IMG/VR virus record: IMGVR_UViG_3300045988_121434
Location: 32,336 to 96,335 of that record
From: a virus
Strand: one strand, 5' to 3'
DNA length: 64,000 bases
The position numbers were made by a program, and so were the translations under genes. The notes under the pieces are model-generated. The model did not search any database. It was not told the origin of the DNA and saw only the letters and a program-made list of their open reading frames with translations. How positions within the stretch are numbered: position 1 is the stretch's first letter; each line of letters begins with the position of its first letter. Shown one piece after another: positions 35,213-44,765 of the stretch.

Positions 35213-36166
35213 ATGGAACTACGACATTTGCGCTCCTTTGTTTTTGTGGCGGAAACAAAGTCGTTCAGTATCGCCGCCACCCGATGTTGCGTAACCCAAT
35301 CGGCAGTAAGCCAGCATATCCGGGCATTGGAAGATGAATTAGGTTGCAAACTACTTATTCGTACCTCGCACGAAATCAACCTTACAGAGAGTGGCGAAGC
35401 TCTCTTGCCAAGGGCTAAGGACATCATCAAGCAGACAGAGGACTGCAAGGAACAAATTAATGCGCTTAACAACTGCATGATTGGTGAACTGCGTATAGGT
35501 ATTGGCTCTTTCATCGCTCCTTACGTCAGAATGGCTGCACTCATTTTTATGGAGCGATACCCTAACGTGCGTATCAATGCCGATTTCACAAAGGCGCATA
35601 TCCTTAACAAAACGCTCCGTGCGCACATGATAGACCTCGCCTTTACCATGAACACGGCATATAGCCACGAGGGTATAGAGTCGCAGCCGTGCATACCATT
35701 CTCCGTGTATGCCATTATGCGTGATACCCATCCGCTTTCCTGTTTACCGAAAGTGTCGTATGAGGATTTGTTGAAACACCCGGTCATAATGCCCGATGTT
35801 GGTGAGCGTGTGTTTGAAACCTGTCAGCAATACATACAGCGCGACCTGTATAAATTGAATATAAAATGTGTGATAAGCGACCCCGATGAAGCACTTGCAT
35901 CCGTGGAAGAAACGAAATGTGTTACGTTCATGACACAGCTCTATTTGCGCCACCACCCTACACTTGTGGCTCGCCCTATCGTGGGACTTGAACGCCAACT
36001 GATGAGTAATGCCCACTGGATGAAGGATGTTCCTATAAAGCGGTCAGCGCAAATTTTCTTGGATATAATAAAGAATGAAGTAGTGCCTTATATTTCTGTT
36101 ATCGAAGAGACGAAAGGCACTTTTACCCCCCCCCCGATAGATATTAGCAATTCTGCCTCACGCTAA
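35213..36166 (+). CDS. LysR-family transcriptional regulator
   Basis: It has the N-terminal wHTH MELRHLRSFVFVAETKSFSIAATRCCVTQSAVSQHIRALEDELGCKLL and a typical LTTR effector-domain length. A C10 tract at 36126-36135 lies near the 3' end. Confidence 0.9.
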   Translation: MELRHLRSFVFVAETKSFSIAATRCCVTQSAVSQHIRALEDELGCKLLIRTSHEINLTESGEALLPRAKDIIKQTEDCKEQINALNNCMIGELRIGIGSFIAPYVRMAALIFMERYPNVRINADFTKAHILNKTLRAHMIDLAFTMNTAYSHEGIESQPCIPFSVYAIMRDTHPLSCLPKVSYEDLLKHPVIMPDVGERVFETCQQYIQRDLYKLNIKCVISDPDEALASVEETKCVTFMTQLYLRHHPTLVARPIVGLERQLMSNAHWMKDVPIKRSAQIFLDIIKNEVVPYISVIEETKGTFTPPPIDISNSASR

Positions 36167-36183
36167 AAACGTGGGGCTTTTTT
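36155..36183 (+). terminator. Intrinsic terminator overlapping the LysR stop codon
   Basis: The stem is GCCTCACG / CGTGGGGC (one mismatch), the loop is CTAAAAA, and it is followed by TTTTTT. Confidence 0.55.
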
Positions 36184-36267
36184 AATGCAAAGATAAGTGG
36201 TGCTTATATGCCATACAAGCGTAAGGACACTTAATGAAAAACACTTCCTATCCGCAGAATACTCCGC

Positions 36268-36275
36268 TACCTTTG
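36268..36275 (+). promoter_or_regulatory. Bacteroidota-type -7 box (TACCTTTG)
   Basis: TAnnTTTG, 15 nt upstream of the ATG at 36290. This supports that start over the tracked 36197. Confidence 0.45.
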
Positions 36276-36289
36276 TGGCAAGTTCAATA

Positions 36290-36838
36290 ATGGACGAAAC
36301 AACACAAATAAAAAACACTATGCAAGTTAAGACTAACGATGGCAACTATGATGTTGCCAGCAAGGGATTGGGTAACACTGCCCTCGGCTTGGGTATTGCA
36401 GGACTGGCTACCAGTCTGCTCGGTGGTGGTGCGTCGCTGTTGGGTATGACGAGAAACGGCAGTCCGTCTACTGCCAACCCTTCCGACCCCGACGCACGGT
36501 TTGTCACCAAGAGTGAGACTAACCTTATCCAGGAGAACTCCACTCTCAAGACAGAGCTCGCCATTCAGAAGAGTGAAAGCTACACCGACAAGAAGTTGGT
36601 GGAGGTAACTCAGTATCTCGATGGAAAAATCCGTCAGGTGGAGAACAAGGTGGATGCCAACAAGGATGCACAACAGGCGATCAACGCACAGCAGATGGCA
36701 TACAATGCGGCAGCAAACGCCAACATCGACGTACTGAAGTCGCAGGTGGCATCTCTTGCGAGTGTCACCAAGGTGTTCATTCCTTCTACCAACGTATGTC
36801 AGACTGGCTGCGGTTGTGGCTGTGGATGCAATCAGTAA
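36290..36838 (+). CDS. Hypothetical coiled-coil protein with Gly-rich hydrophobic segment and C-terminal (Cys-Gly)4 tail
   Basis: It contains GLGNTALGLGIAGLATSLLGGGASLLG, then a coiled coil, and ends ...VCQTGCGCGCGCNQ*. Confidence 0.55.
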   Translation: MDETTQIKNTMQVKTNDGNYDVASKGLGNTALGLGIAGLATSLLGGGASLLGMTRNGSPSTANPSDPDARFVTKSETNLIQENSTLKTELAIQKSESYTDKKLVEVTQYLDGKIRQVENKVDANKDAQQAINAQQMAYNAAANANIDVLKSQVASLASVTKVFIPSTNVCQTGCGCGCGCNQ

Positions 36839-36850
36839 TCGGCGGGAGAT

Positions 36851-37273
36851 ATGGACTACACCAATTCTCAGATTTTGGCGGCGGTCGTGTCCGAGTGGGC
36901 ACGGCCGGCCATTTCGCAGATAGCTGCCAGCAACCTTATGCGTTTGCCCATGCTCCAGTCGTTGCAAGCCACCATCGACTCACTCGGATTGGTGAGCGGT
37001 AGTTATGCCCTGCAAAAGGACATAGAACCGCTCATTCAGCCAGTGGTCAACTCGCTCGTTACGCCTATGCTCGCAAAGTATTTCGGGCAGATACCCGAAG
37101 AGAGCATACCGCAAATGGCACACGACGTGGTGGATAAGGTGCGCTACAACGGACCGCTATCTATCCTTGAAGGCATGATAACCTTTGACGAGGAAGATTT
37201 GGATGAATTGGCAGATTTGCTTCAGAAGAACTTGCCTGTCGAAAAGACGGAAGGCTATCAAGTGAAGAGATAA
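36851..37273 (+). CDS. Hypothetical protein
   Basis: 140-codon ORF. Confidence 0.5.
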   Translation: MDYTNSQILAAVVSEWARPAISQIAASNLMRLPMLQSLQATIDSLGLVSGSYALQKDIEPLIQPVVNSLVTPMLAKYFGQIPEESIPQMAHDVVDKVRYNGPLSILEGMITFDEEDLDELADLLQKNLPVEKTEGYQVKR

Positions 37274-37375
37274 TCATCTACTACTTACTACGTTTTTTAC
37301 TACGTAGTAAGCCGTAGTAAGTCATTAATCAAAGCGGCGGCAAGCATCGTCGCTATACTAAAACATAAAACGATT

Positions 37376-37804
37376 ATGAACAAACGAACAACCCCGGCTA
37401 TCATAACAGCCACGCTTGCGGTAGGAGCTACCACCGCAGCACCCTATTACGACATCAACATCACGCAGCAGCTTTGCACTCCGGCTTGTGTGGACGAGAC
37501 ACCAGTGTTTGCGCCTAAGTTTTCTATCAAGAGTATTGCAAATGTCGGCACTTCGCAGTATATTGTGGTAGTACATGTTGAAGGAGTGGTGAGCTACATT
37601 CCGTGCAACTGCGGCTCATGCTGCACACGCTCGCAAGTAATCTCGCAGGACTTTACCATCCCCGTGTTCAGTGCGACGGCAATAAGCGCAGTAACCGCTA
37701 CCGTCGGCACGGCACAGAACGGCATAGCACGCATATCATGTTGCGATTGCTCCCGAACCTTCGTGTCCGACTGCCCTCTGACGCTTACCATAACAACCGC
37801 ATAA
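37376..37804 (+). CDS. Hypothetical Cys-rich, Thr/Ala-rich protein
   Basis: 142 codons with 11 Cys, including CNCGSCC and SCCDC. Confidence 0.5.
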   Translation: MNKRTTPAIITATLAVGATTAAPYYDINITQQLCTPACVDETPVFAPKFSIKSIANVGTSQYIVVVHVEGVVSYIPCNCGSCCTRSQVISQDFTIPVFSATAISAVTATVGTAQNGIARISCCDCSRTFVSDCPLTLTITTA

Positions 37805-37806
37805 CC

Positions 37807-38097
37807 ATGACCATGATGATATTGACAGCTCTTGCAGCCATGATAGCGGCAACGCTTATCCAGCACCTCGGACTGGCGGAAGCCGTGGCAAAGGTCGTGG
37901 GCAAGGTTGCGGCGTGCAATCAATGCTTCACATTCTGGAGTGCGCTCACCTCCCTGCTCTATTGTCATTGCGATGTGGTCGTGGCTGCGGTGCTATCAAT
38001 CGTCATGGCATACTTATCCAACTGGTTTGTATTACTGTTGCTCTGTCTGCAACGCTTATTCACTCGTCTGTATGAAAAAGGAAAAGAAGAAAGATGA
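37807..38097 (+). CDS. Small membrane protein
   Basis: The ATG at 37807 (MTMMILTALAAMIAATLI...) lies inside tracked ORF 37603-38097. There are 2-3 predicted TM helices. Confidence 0.5.
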   Translation: MTMMILTALAAMIAATLIQHLGLAEAVAKVVGKVAACNQCFTFWSALTSLLYCHCDVVVAAVLSIVMAYLSNWFVLLLLCLQRLFTRLYEKGKEER

Positions 38098-38212
38098 AAG
38101 AAAGTTGGAGGAAGTTTCTTACAACTTTCAACGGTCTAACATATTCGCCACCTTAGTGCCTATAATCCCCCGATTTCGGGGGATTTGCCCAAACTGTTAA
38201 AAATAAAAGAAA

Positions 38213-38710
38213 ATGAAATATATTCAACTGATAGAACAGGCTCGCACCCACGGCGTAGCCTCCGAGAAGAAGATGTATGCAGCAATAGAGCAAATGTCGT
38301 GCGACCTCTCAACGCTTGAAAACGAGAATCCATGTTTGTACTGGCGTATCATGCGCAACCAGCACGCCGTGCTCTACGACCGCCATTATTCAGAGAAGTT
38401 TGCCAACCACGATGTGAATCGCCTCATATATAGTAAGATGGATGAGAACGGTGAGCCTGTGGGTATGGGCGCACATTGGACTCGCACCCAGGTATTGGAA
38501 GCGACAAAGGACATGAAGTTTCACCCGAAAGTGAACGATTGGGATAAGTACGTTGCCTTCAACGCTATGTATGCTGACCTTTGCGCCAACATGGATGACA
38601 AGGAGATACTGAAGGCCGCATATCTTTTCTACTTCTGCGATGCCGACTGGCAGACCGAGGACGACTGCACGAAGATATGGGACTACACAGCCCTTCACGC
38701 CACACTTTAA
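38213..38710 (+). CDS. Hypothetical protein
   Basis: 165-codon ORF. Confidence 0.5.
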   Translation: MKYIQLIEQARTHGVASEKKMYAAIEQMSCDLSTLENENPCLYWRIMRNQHAVLYDRHYSEKFANHDVNRLIYSKMDENGEPVGMGAHWTRTQVLEATKDMKFHPKVNDWDKYVAFNAMYADLCANMDDKEILKAAYLFYFCDADWQTEDDCTKIWDYTALHATL

Positions 38711-38917
38711 CCATGATGGATAGGGAAATTTACCCTTTATTTCCCTGTCCTTTCCCTATTCCCTAATCGGATTTTTTGAAGCCAGCTTGCGCCACCAGGA
38801 TAGCCGCAGGTTGGCTTCCGTTGTATAGGGGAAAGAGGGGATTGTCCTTATCGGGGATTTCAAACTTACTAACTTTGTTTCATAAAAGAATTTTCTCTGC
38901 AAACAAAAAGCACAAGT

Positions 38918-39955
38918 ATGGTAAAGAAGATAAACCTCACCCTACCTCGCCACTGGAATCAATGCACCACGGAGCAACTTGAACTGATTGCTAACGTGAT
39001 GCAGGAACAGGTGCGCCGTGTGGACCGCTATCATCCCTTTGATATGCGCAACGTGAAGTTGGCTCTTTTCTTTGTGTTGGCAGGGATTGAGATAGTGGAA
39101 AGTCCTAATCCGCGTGTGTCGGTGGAGGAGCAGTATTACACTTGCCGTTTCACAAAGGACGGCAAGAAAGGTGAAACATTCTCACTCTACCTTTGGCAGA
39201 TAAACTATTGGCTTTCGCCTAAGGCCAAGACACGCGACACGACGAGTGCAGAATATATAGCGCAGGGTGCCGGAATGTTGGATTGGCTCGACCGCGACAG
39301 CAACATTCATCTCACCAAGTTTCCGTATCAAGAGATAAAACGAAAGCGGCACGGCAAATGGTTCGGGCGAAAGAAAGCGTTCCAAGGCGTATTCCCAGAT
39401 ATGGATGGTTTCAGTTGGGCGAAATATCGTTTTGCCTCCGACACAATGCAGAGCTACACCCAAATCAGCGACAACTTGATAAGAATGCGAAAAACTGATA
39501 ATTTTACTGAAACTCAACTCTTACGACAATCCGAAAGCGCAACCCTTGCCAAGGCAATGTTTCTTGCTACTATATTCAATGCCAAAACGGATTATGTAGA
39601 CACCAACACAGGCATAGTGAAGCACGATTTTCACTACGAGAGCGACCAATGCGTAAAAAACGCACCATACTTCCGCGATTTCCCTGATACTCAATGGCAG
39701 GTCATTCTCTTTTGGTGGACTGGGATGATGTACACACTAAGCAAGCGTTTCCCTCATGTCTTTAAGGTACAAAAGACCAACGTGAAAAAGCCGAGCACGC
39801 CGCTTGAGATTTACACGGCTACAACCGCAACCATGCAGAAGTATGCCGGACTGACCGAGGATCAAGTGAACCATCAATCCTATTCGCTTGTGCTTGAACA
39901 CCTCGAAAGGTTGAGCAAAGAAAATGAGGAATTGGAAAAGATAAGAAAGAAATAA
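38918..39955 (+). CDS. Hypothetical protein
   Basis: 345-codon ORF. A TAACTTTG box at 38870-38877 lies 41 nt upstream. Confidence 0.5.
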   Translation: MVKKINLTLPRHWNQCTTEQLELIANVMQEQVRRVDRYHPFDMRNVKLALFFVLAGIEIVESPNPRVSVEEQYYTCRFTKDGKKGETFSLYLWQINYWLSPKAKTRDTTSAEYIAQGAGMLDWLDRDSNIHLTKFPYQEIKRKRHGKWFGRKKAFQGVFPDMDGFSWAKYRFASDTMQSYTQISDNLIRMRKTDNFTETQLLRQSESATLAKAMFLATIFNAKTDYVDTNTGIVKHDFHYESDQCVKNAPYFRDFPDTQWQVILFWWTGMMYTLSKRFPHVFKVQKTNVKKPSTPLEIYTATTATMQKYAGLTEDQVNHQSYSLVLEHLERLSKENEELEKIRKK

Positions 39956-40033
39956 TGGCTAACAGGGTGCGGCACGTTTATTCGTTTGCACAAAGCCACA
40001 ATTCAACAAACACATAAACAAACAAACTCAACA

Positions 40034-41776
40034 ATGAAGAAAAACAGAGTCAGCAATCTCCAGCAGTTCCAACAGCGTAGTGCGGAACTAAAGAGCAAAG
40101 GCTATGTCGCCGTGAAGCCGGGTGAGTTTACCCCCGTGCGTGGCGATGGCGGCACGGTGTTCTTATGGCAAGACTACGTTCACTCGCTGCTCATCCGTGC
40201 CGAGGGCAATTCCGTGTCTGGCTGTACATCGGGCAGTGCGGCACGCAAGCAGATTTCTACGGTGTTTGCCTCCAGCGGTGGCGAGAACCTTGCCAAGCCG
40301 CAAGGTGTGGGCACCGACGGACTGGGTTTTATGGAATGGGGTGTGGGCAACCGACTGCCCAACATCATTTGGCTTCTCTCCCGAATGTCGCCATTCACGG
40401 CAGCCGGTGTGGACTTCATCAAGAAAATATTGGTGGGGCATGGTCCGAAACCAAAATACCACTACACGCAGTATGTTGGCGGCAACATCACCGAGAAGTA
40501 CATACCGTTTGCAACGGCAGGTGTATTGCTCCGAGGCATGATTGCCGACCTAAAGGCAAAGGAAGCCGAAGTACAAGCAAACACTCAGCAGAACGCCACC
40601 GACGACCCACCGGAGGACTCTGACGAGATGAAGGCTCTGAAACGCGACCTCGAAACATGGCAACAGACCAACGACTTCCTTCAGCAGTTCATGGCAGATA
40701 ACGACCTTATGGACACCTACCTTTCAATGGCTGGTGATATGGCTCTCATGTCGCAATGCTTTGTTGAGCTTCAGTTAAACCAACGCCAACTCAACGACGA
40801 CGGCAAGCCTGTGCCTACCTCGCAGTGGACGCCCAAGGTGATAGGCATAAAGCCACGCTCCATATTCACTACACGACTGGAGCGTATGGATGACAACTAC
40901 CGCATCAACTACGCCTACACCTCTAACCAATGGCTTGACTCCACACAGATCACTTCGGCCATGAATCCGGAGGACTTGAAGATAGCCGCGGTGCCCTATC
41001 TGCCCACGGCAACGGCAGTGAAAGACCTTCAGCGTCATGTGCGTGAGGCGCGTCAGGCGCGTGTGAGCCGCAAGCAACGCCCAACGCGTTTCATCATGTC
41101 GCCGCGTGACTTTGGCGGTCCTTACTATGCCGATGCGCTTTGGCACAGCATCTTTGCCGGAAGCATTTTTGAGTATGCCTTTACGATTGTGGACGATCGC
41201 TTGACGCGCAAGCGTAACTCAAACATCATCGGCAGAGTGATATACATTCACCAAGACTACCTCAACGCACTCTTCCGTCAGCAGAGCGACACAGACAAGA
41301 AGAAGACGATGGCGCAGATACAGAGCGAAGTGTTCAACGACATCAACTCATGGCTGAGCAATAGCGACAATGCCGGGCAAGCACTCATATCATCTGTATT
41401 TATGGGCCCCGACGGCAAGGAGCACAAGGCATGGGAAATTGTGGAGATAGAGAGCAAAGCCAACGACCAAGCCAATGCCGACAAGACCGAGCTTCAGGAA
41501 ATATCATCCATCATCTTCTTCGCTATGGGTCTTGACTCGAAGCTGATAGGCAACACACCGGGCGACGCGACATCATCGGGCGGTACTGACCTGCGCGAGC
41601 GTTTCCTCGTCAAGCAAATTCAGTTTGCGCCGTTGCAGCAACTCATGCTCCGTCCGTTGGAAGTGATAAGCCAGTTCAATGAGCTTGACCCACACCTGGT
41701 ATGGGAGACAGACCGCGAAGTATTGACCACGCTTGACAACTCAAAGACGGGGGTGACAAGGCAAGGGCAGGAATAA
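40034..41776 (+). CDS. Portal protein candidate
   Basis: About 580 aa from the ATG at 40034 (tracked ORF 39986-41776). The call rests on size, acidic composition and position ahead of the morphogenesis genes. No diagnostic motif was seen. Confidence 0.35.
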   Translation: MKKNRVSNLQQFQQRSAELKSKGYVAVKPGEFTPVRGDGGTVFLWQDYVHSLLIRAEGNSVSGCTSGSAARKQISTVFASSGGENLAKPQGVGTDGLGFMEWGVGNRLPNIIWLLSRMSPFTAAGVDFIKKILVGHGPKPKYHYTQYVGGNITEKYIPFATAGVLLRGMIADLKAKEAEVQANTQQNATDDPPEDSDEMKALKRDLETWQQTNDFLQQFMADNDLMDTYLSMAGDMALMSQCFVELQLNQRQLNDDGKPVPTSQWTPKVIGIKPRSIFTTRLERMDDNYRINYAYTSNQWLDSTQITSAMNPEDLKIAAVPYLPTATAVKDLQRHVREARQARVSRKQRPTRFIMSPRDFGGPYYADALWHSIFAGSIFEYAFTIVDDRLTRKRNSNIIGRVIYIHQDYLNALFRQQSDTDKKKTMAQIQSEVFNDINSWLSNSDNAGQALISSVFMGPDGKEHKAWEIVEIESKANDQANADKTELQEISSIIFFAMGLDSKLIGNTPGDATSSGGTDLRERFLVKQIQFAPLQQLMLRPLEVISQFNELDPHLVWETDREVLTTLDNSKTGVTRQGQE

Positions 41777-41934
41777 GTGATGCGCATAACCTTGACTAAG
41801 TGATGCCCATAAGTCAATACAAACAGATATTTCTCCTACTATGTAGGATACGTATCTCCTATTACCCAAGAGAAGTATCTCCTGCTATATAGGATAAGTA
41901 CCTCCCAAAACAATAACTATGAAACGAACAAAAT

Positions 41935-42993
41935 ATGCTCATAACAACTAATCAAGAATTTCGCCTTCACAATCCCAGCAACGCTGTGGACGAGGTGAAC
42001 TTGCTGCAAGGCATAATCGACAATAGCGAGAAAGATTTTCTGCGCGAAAAGTTAGGCGGACCGCTTTACGACCGCTTGTGTGAGTATTACGCTCAAACCT
42101 CACCCGAAAATTTCTTTCTCTCTGTAACCGGCGGAACATACACCGATGACCCTTTCGCCGTACTCCTGCTCTATGCCCAGCGTGTTATCGTGAATGATGC
42201 TCTCACGCGTTATGCCTACCAACAGGCAGTAAGTCTGAATGGCGCAGGTGTGAATATGGCAAGCAGCGACGACTATGCTTCGGCTTCCGACAAGATGATA
42301 GACAAGGCGGTGCAGGGCTACAAAAAAGAAGCCTTTGCCTCGCTCAATGCCTTGCTCGTGATGCTTGAGGAATGGGCAAAGCAGGTAAATACGCCCATGC
42401 CTATCGATGGTCAGGAAACAGGCGAAAGCGTACCGAAAAACGATGATAGCGTACAGAAAGAGGATGAAAGCGTACAGAAAACCGCGATATTGGAAATAGT
42501 GGACCTTTGGCAGCAGTCAAAGTACTACTACCTGCACGCAAATCTCCTTATCCCTACTTGCACGGTACTTCAGCGATACCTCGACATCTACGAGAACCGC
42601 GACAAGTTTATCCGCCTCTTGCCCGATCTCATCTTCGTCCAAGAGGAATACATCGAGGACGTGATAGGCGAAGACATTGTGCAGGAACTTCTCCATGCCG
42701 ACGACCGCGACCGCCTACTCAAAAAGGTACGCCGCCTCATGGTGTCCTATCTCGAAGAGCGTACTACAGTGTTGAGCATCGACAAGACGCGCCGCATCCA
42801 GGCTCACAATGAGGGCATATCCCTCAAAGCCTCCGTGCTCGCCATCATTGCCGAACGCAAGAAAGCGGAAGCCGAAGCGACCGCAAACGAGGACAACATC
42901 CCTACCCCATCCACCGACAACAATTCGCAGAACGAAGGATATAAGAATAATCAACCTGGCTCACGCATGTTCGTGTCGCCGTTGTTGTATTAA
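41935..42993 (+). CDS. Hypothetical structural protein
   Basis: 352-codon ORF. Confidence 0.5.
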   Translation: MLITTNQEFRLHNPSNAVDEVNLLQGIIDNSEKDFLREKLGGPLYDRLCEYYAQTSPENFFLSVTGGTYTDDPFAVLLLYAQRVIVNDALTRYAYQQAVSLNGAGVNMASSDDYASASDKMIDKAVQGYKKEAFASLNALLVMLEEWAKQVNTPMPIDGQETGESVPKNDDSVQKEDESVQKTAILEIVDLWQQSKYYYLHANLLIPTCTVLQRYLDIYENRDKFIRLLPDLIFVQEEYIEDVIGEDIVQELLHADDRDRLLKKVRRLMVSYLEERTTVLSIDKTRRIQAHNEGISLKASVLAIIAERKKAEAEATANEDNIPTPSTDNNSQNEGYKNNQPGSRMFVSPLLY

Positions 42994-43019
42994 AACAAAG
43001 AACGAAAATAGAGCTTAAT

Positions 43020-44087
43020 ATGGAACATATAATCGCAACTCTCTCCCCTGCCCTCACCACCCGCATGCTCACTGCCGAGCAGCGTGAGGCATTTGAGCAA
43101 GGACTTGCCTTGCTGGAGAACGTGCCCAAAGCGCAATCGTTTGTGCGTGACAGCCGACGGTTTAAGGACTACCATCGCCGTGTGCGTCAGTTACTCACCT
43201 ACCTGCAAACGCTCGACACCACGTCGGGCAAGTCATTGCCCAAGCGTCGTGTGGGCCGACCCACCAAGGAGGAGCAAGCCGAATATGCCGAAATGAAGAA
43301 GCAGAAGGCATTGCAGGAAGCAAAGGCATCGCTCTTCCCGGAGATAAAACCCGACCTGTTCGTGCAGCCGCTCACTTACAACGGTATCGTGGCCAACCCC
43401 AATGGCGACAGCATCGCCGCCACGATGATGAATCTTCAGCAGGTGAAGCCATTCCTTAGCCGTCAGCTCCAGGAGCGGGTGAACACCGTGCGCGACCTTC
43501 GCAACGAGATGGCTTCCAAGGCAGAGCAAGCCAAGACCATGGCGGAAGCCAACGAGCGCAGTGGCAGCACGCTCTACACCGAGGAAGAGATAGCCGGACT
43601 TGCCACCCGTGCCGTGAAGATAGAGAGCGACATTCTGCCCGCTATCTACATGGCTGTGGACCGCGAGATGGGCGAGGTGTATCTGCGCCTCAGTCAGCGC
43701 ACCGGCGACCCCGAATACATCGCCTATGCTGAAAAGTCCTTCAACATCGACCCACAGAAACTGCGCACGATGTTTAAGCCTTTCTACGAGAAAGCGCAGG
43801 AGCGTGACCCACTCTTTGCCCAGTCGATAGCCGACAAAATAGCCGCCGATCGTCCCGAAGTGAAAGCCGCACGCGAGGCAGCCGCCCAGCACAAGGCAGA
43901 AGCCGACGCACTCATCAAGTACATTTGCCGCAAAGACAAGCCCAGCACTAAGGCACGCATCAAAGGCTTGAAAGAACGCATTGCCAAGCTCCGTGCCGAC
44001 TACAGCGACATCATCACCGATGACGAGATAATGGGCTACGAGGCGATACTTGCCAAGACGGAAAACGAAATGGAAAAGAGCAACTAA
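43020..44087 (+). CDS. Hypothetical coiled-coil protein
   Basis: 355-codon ORF, helical and rich in charged residues. Confidence 0.5.
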   Translation: MEHIIATLSPALTTRMLTAEQREAFEQGLALLENVPKAQSFVRDSRRFKDYHRRVRQLLTYLQTLDTTSGKSLPKRRVGRPTKEEQAEYAEMKKQKALQEAKASLFPEIKPDLFVQPLTYNGIVANPNGDSIAATMMNLQQVKPFLSRQLQERVNTVRDLRNEMASKAEQAKTMAEANERSGSTLYTEEEIAGLATRAVKIESDILPAIYMAVDREMGEVYLRLSQRTGDPEYIAYAEKSFNIDPQKLRTMFKPFYEKAQERDPLFAQSIADKIAADRPEVKAAREAAAQHKAEADALIKYICRKDKPSTKARIKGLKERIAKLRADYSDIITDDEIMGYEAILAKTENEMEKSN

Positions 44088-44102
44088 ACGACTTTTTGAC
44101 TT

Positions 44103-44765
44103 ATGGAAGAAAACGTATATCAGATATTCAAGGACGTGTGCAACAAAGCTTGCCACGACCGCCACGCCTGCGCCAAAGGTTATAAGCAGATGTTGGCTTC
44201 GGAGAACGTGAGTCAGATGATGGCCACATGGCGCGACAACTGGGAGGACGTTGTGGAGAGCAAGTATGTGGATGTGATCCGTGGTGAATTGCCCCGGCTC
44301 TATCCTGGGCTGAAGGAGGGTATGAATAAGGCTGGCATCTATCTCAACGAGTGCCCCGACAACGCCAAGAACTTTGTGCGTGTCATCATCACCGACTGCG
44401 ACGAGCCAGTCAAGATACATGGCGACGCACAGGCTTATATCCTCGGCACGGCAAAAGTCTTGGCTTTCAACCATGCCCAGGTTTACAACAACCACTACAA
44501 TGCCGACGTAATGCTCTATGACCATGCTTACGGCAAGATTATGGCTGGCACCGTGAGGGCATACAACCGCAGCCGACTGCAATGTTGCTGCGAGGCATAT
44601 CTGAACGGCAGCGTGCAGTGCGACGCTTTCGGCGGAACAGTTAGGGCGCAAGCCTATCTCCACGTTAATGCCTATCGCGACACGGCTGTCTATGCCGTAG
44701 CCGACAAAGGCATCGTTCTTAGTGGCACATCACAACTAAAACCTATCGAGCAACATGAACAGTAA
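44103..44765 (+). CDS. Hypothetical protein
   Basis: 220-codon ORF. The C-terminal half has a short periodic pattern (AY..G......A), possibly a beta-helix. Confidence 0.5.
   Translation: MEENVYQIFKDVCNKACHDRHACAKGYKQMLASENVSQMMATWRDNWEDVVESKYVDVIRGELPRLYPGLKEGMNKAGIYLNECPDNAKNFVRVIITDCDEPVKIHGDAQAYILGTAKVLAFNHAQVYNNHYNADVMLYDHAYGKIMAGTVRAYNRSRLQCCCEAYLNGSVQCDAFGGTVRAQAYLHVNAYRDTAVYAVADKGIVLSGTSQLKPIEQHEQ

Noticed and set aside
43233-44663. Long antisense ORFs in the track, for example 43233-44663 (476 aa), 55105-55974, 55776-56612, 31179-31964, 32016-32813, 19213-19953, 21808-22620, 29650-30330 and 46801-47640 on the minus strand, and 17491-17955 on the plus strand.
   Set aside because: They lie opposite well-supported genes and have skewed low-complexity composition rich in L/R/H/V/S. 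They have no sensible starts or neighbours. They are shadow ORFs of GC3-rich coding strands.
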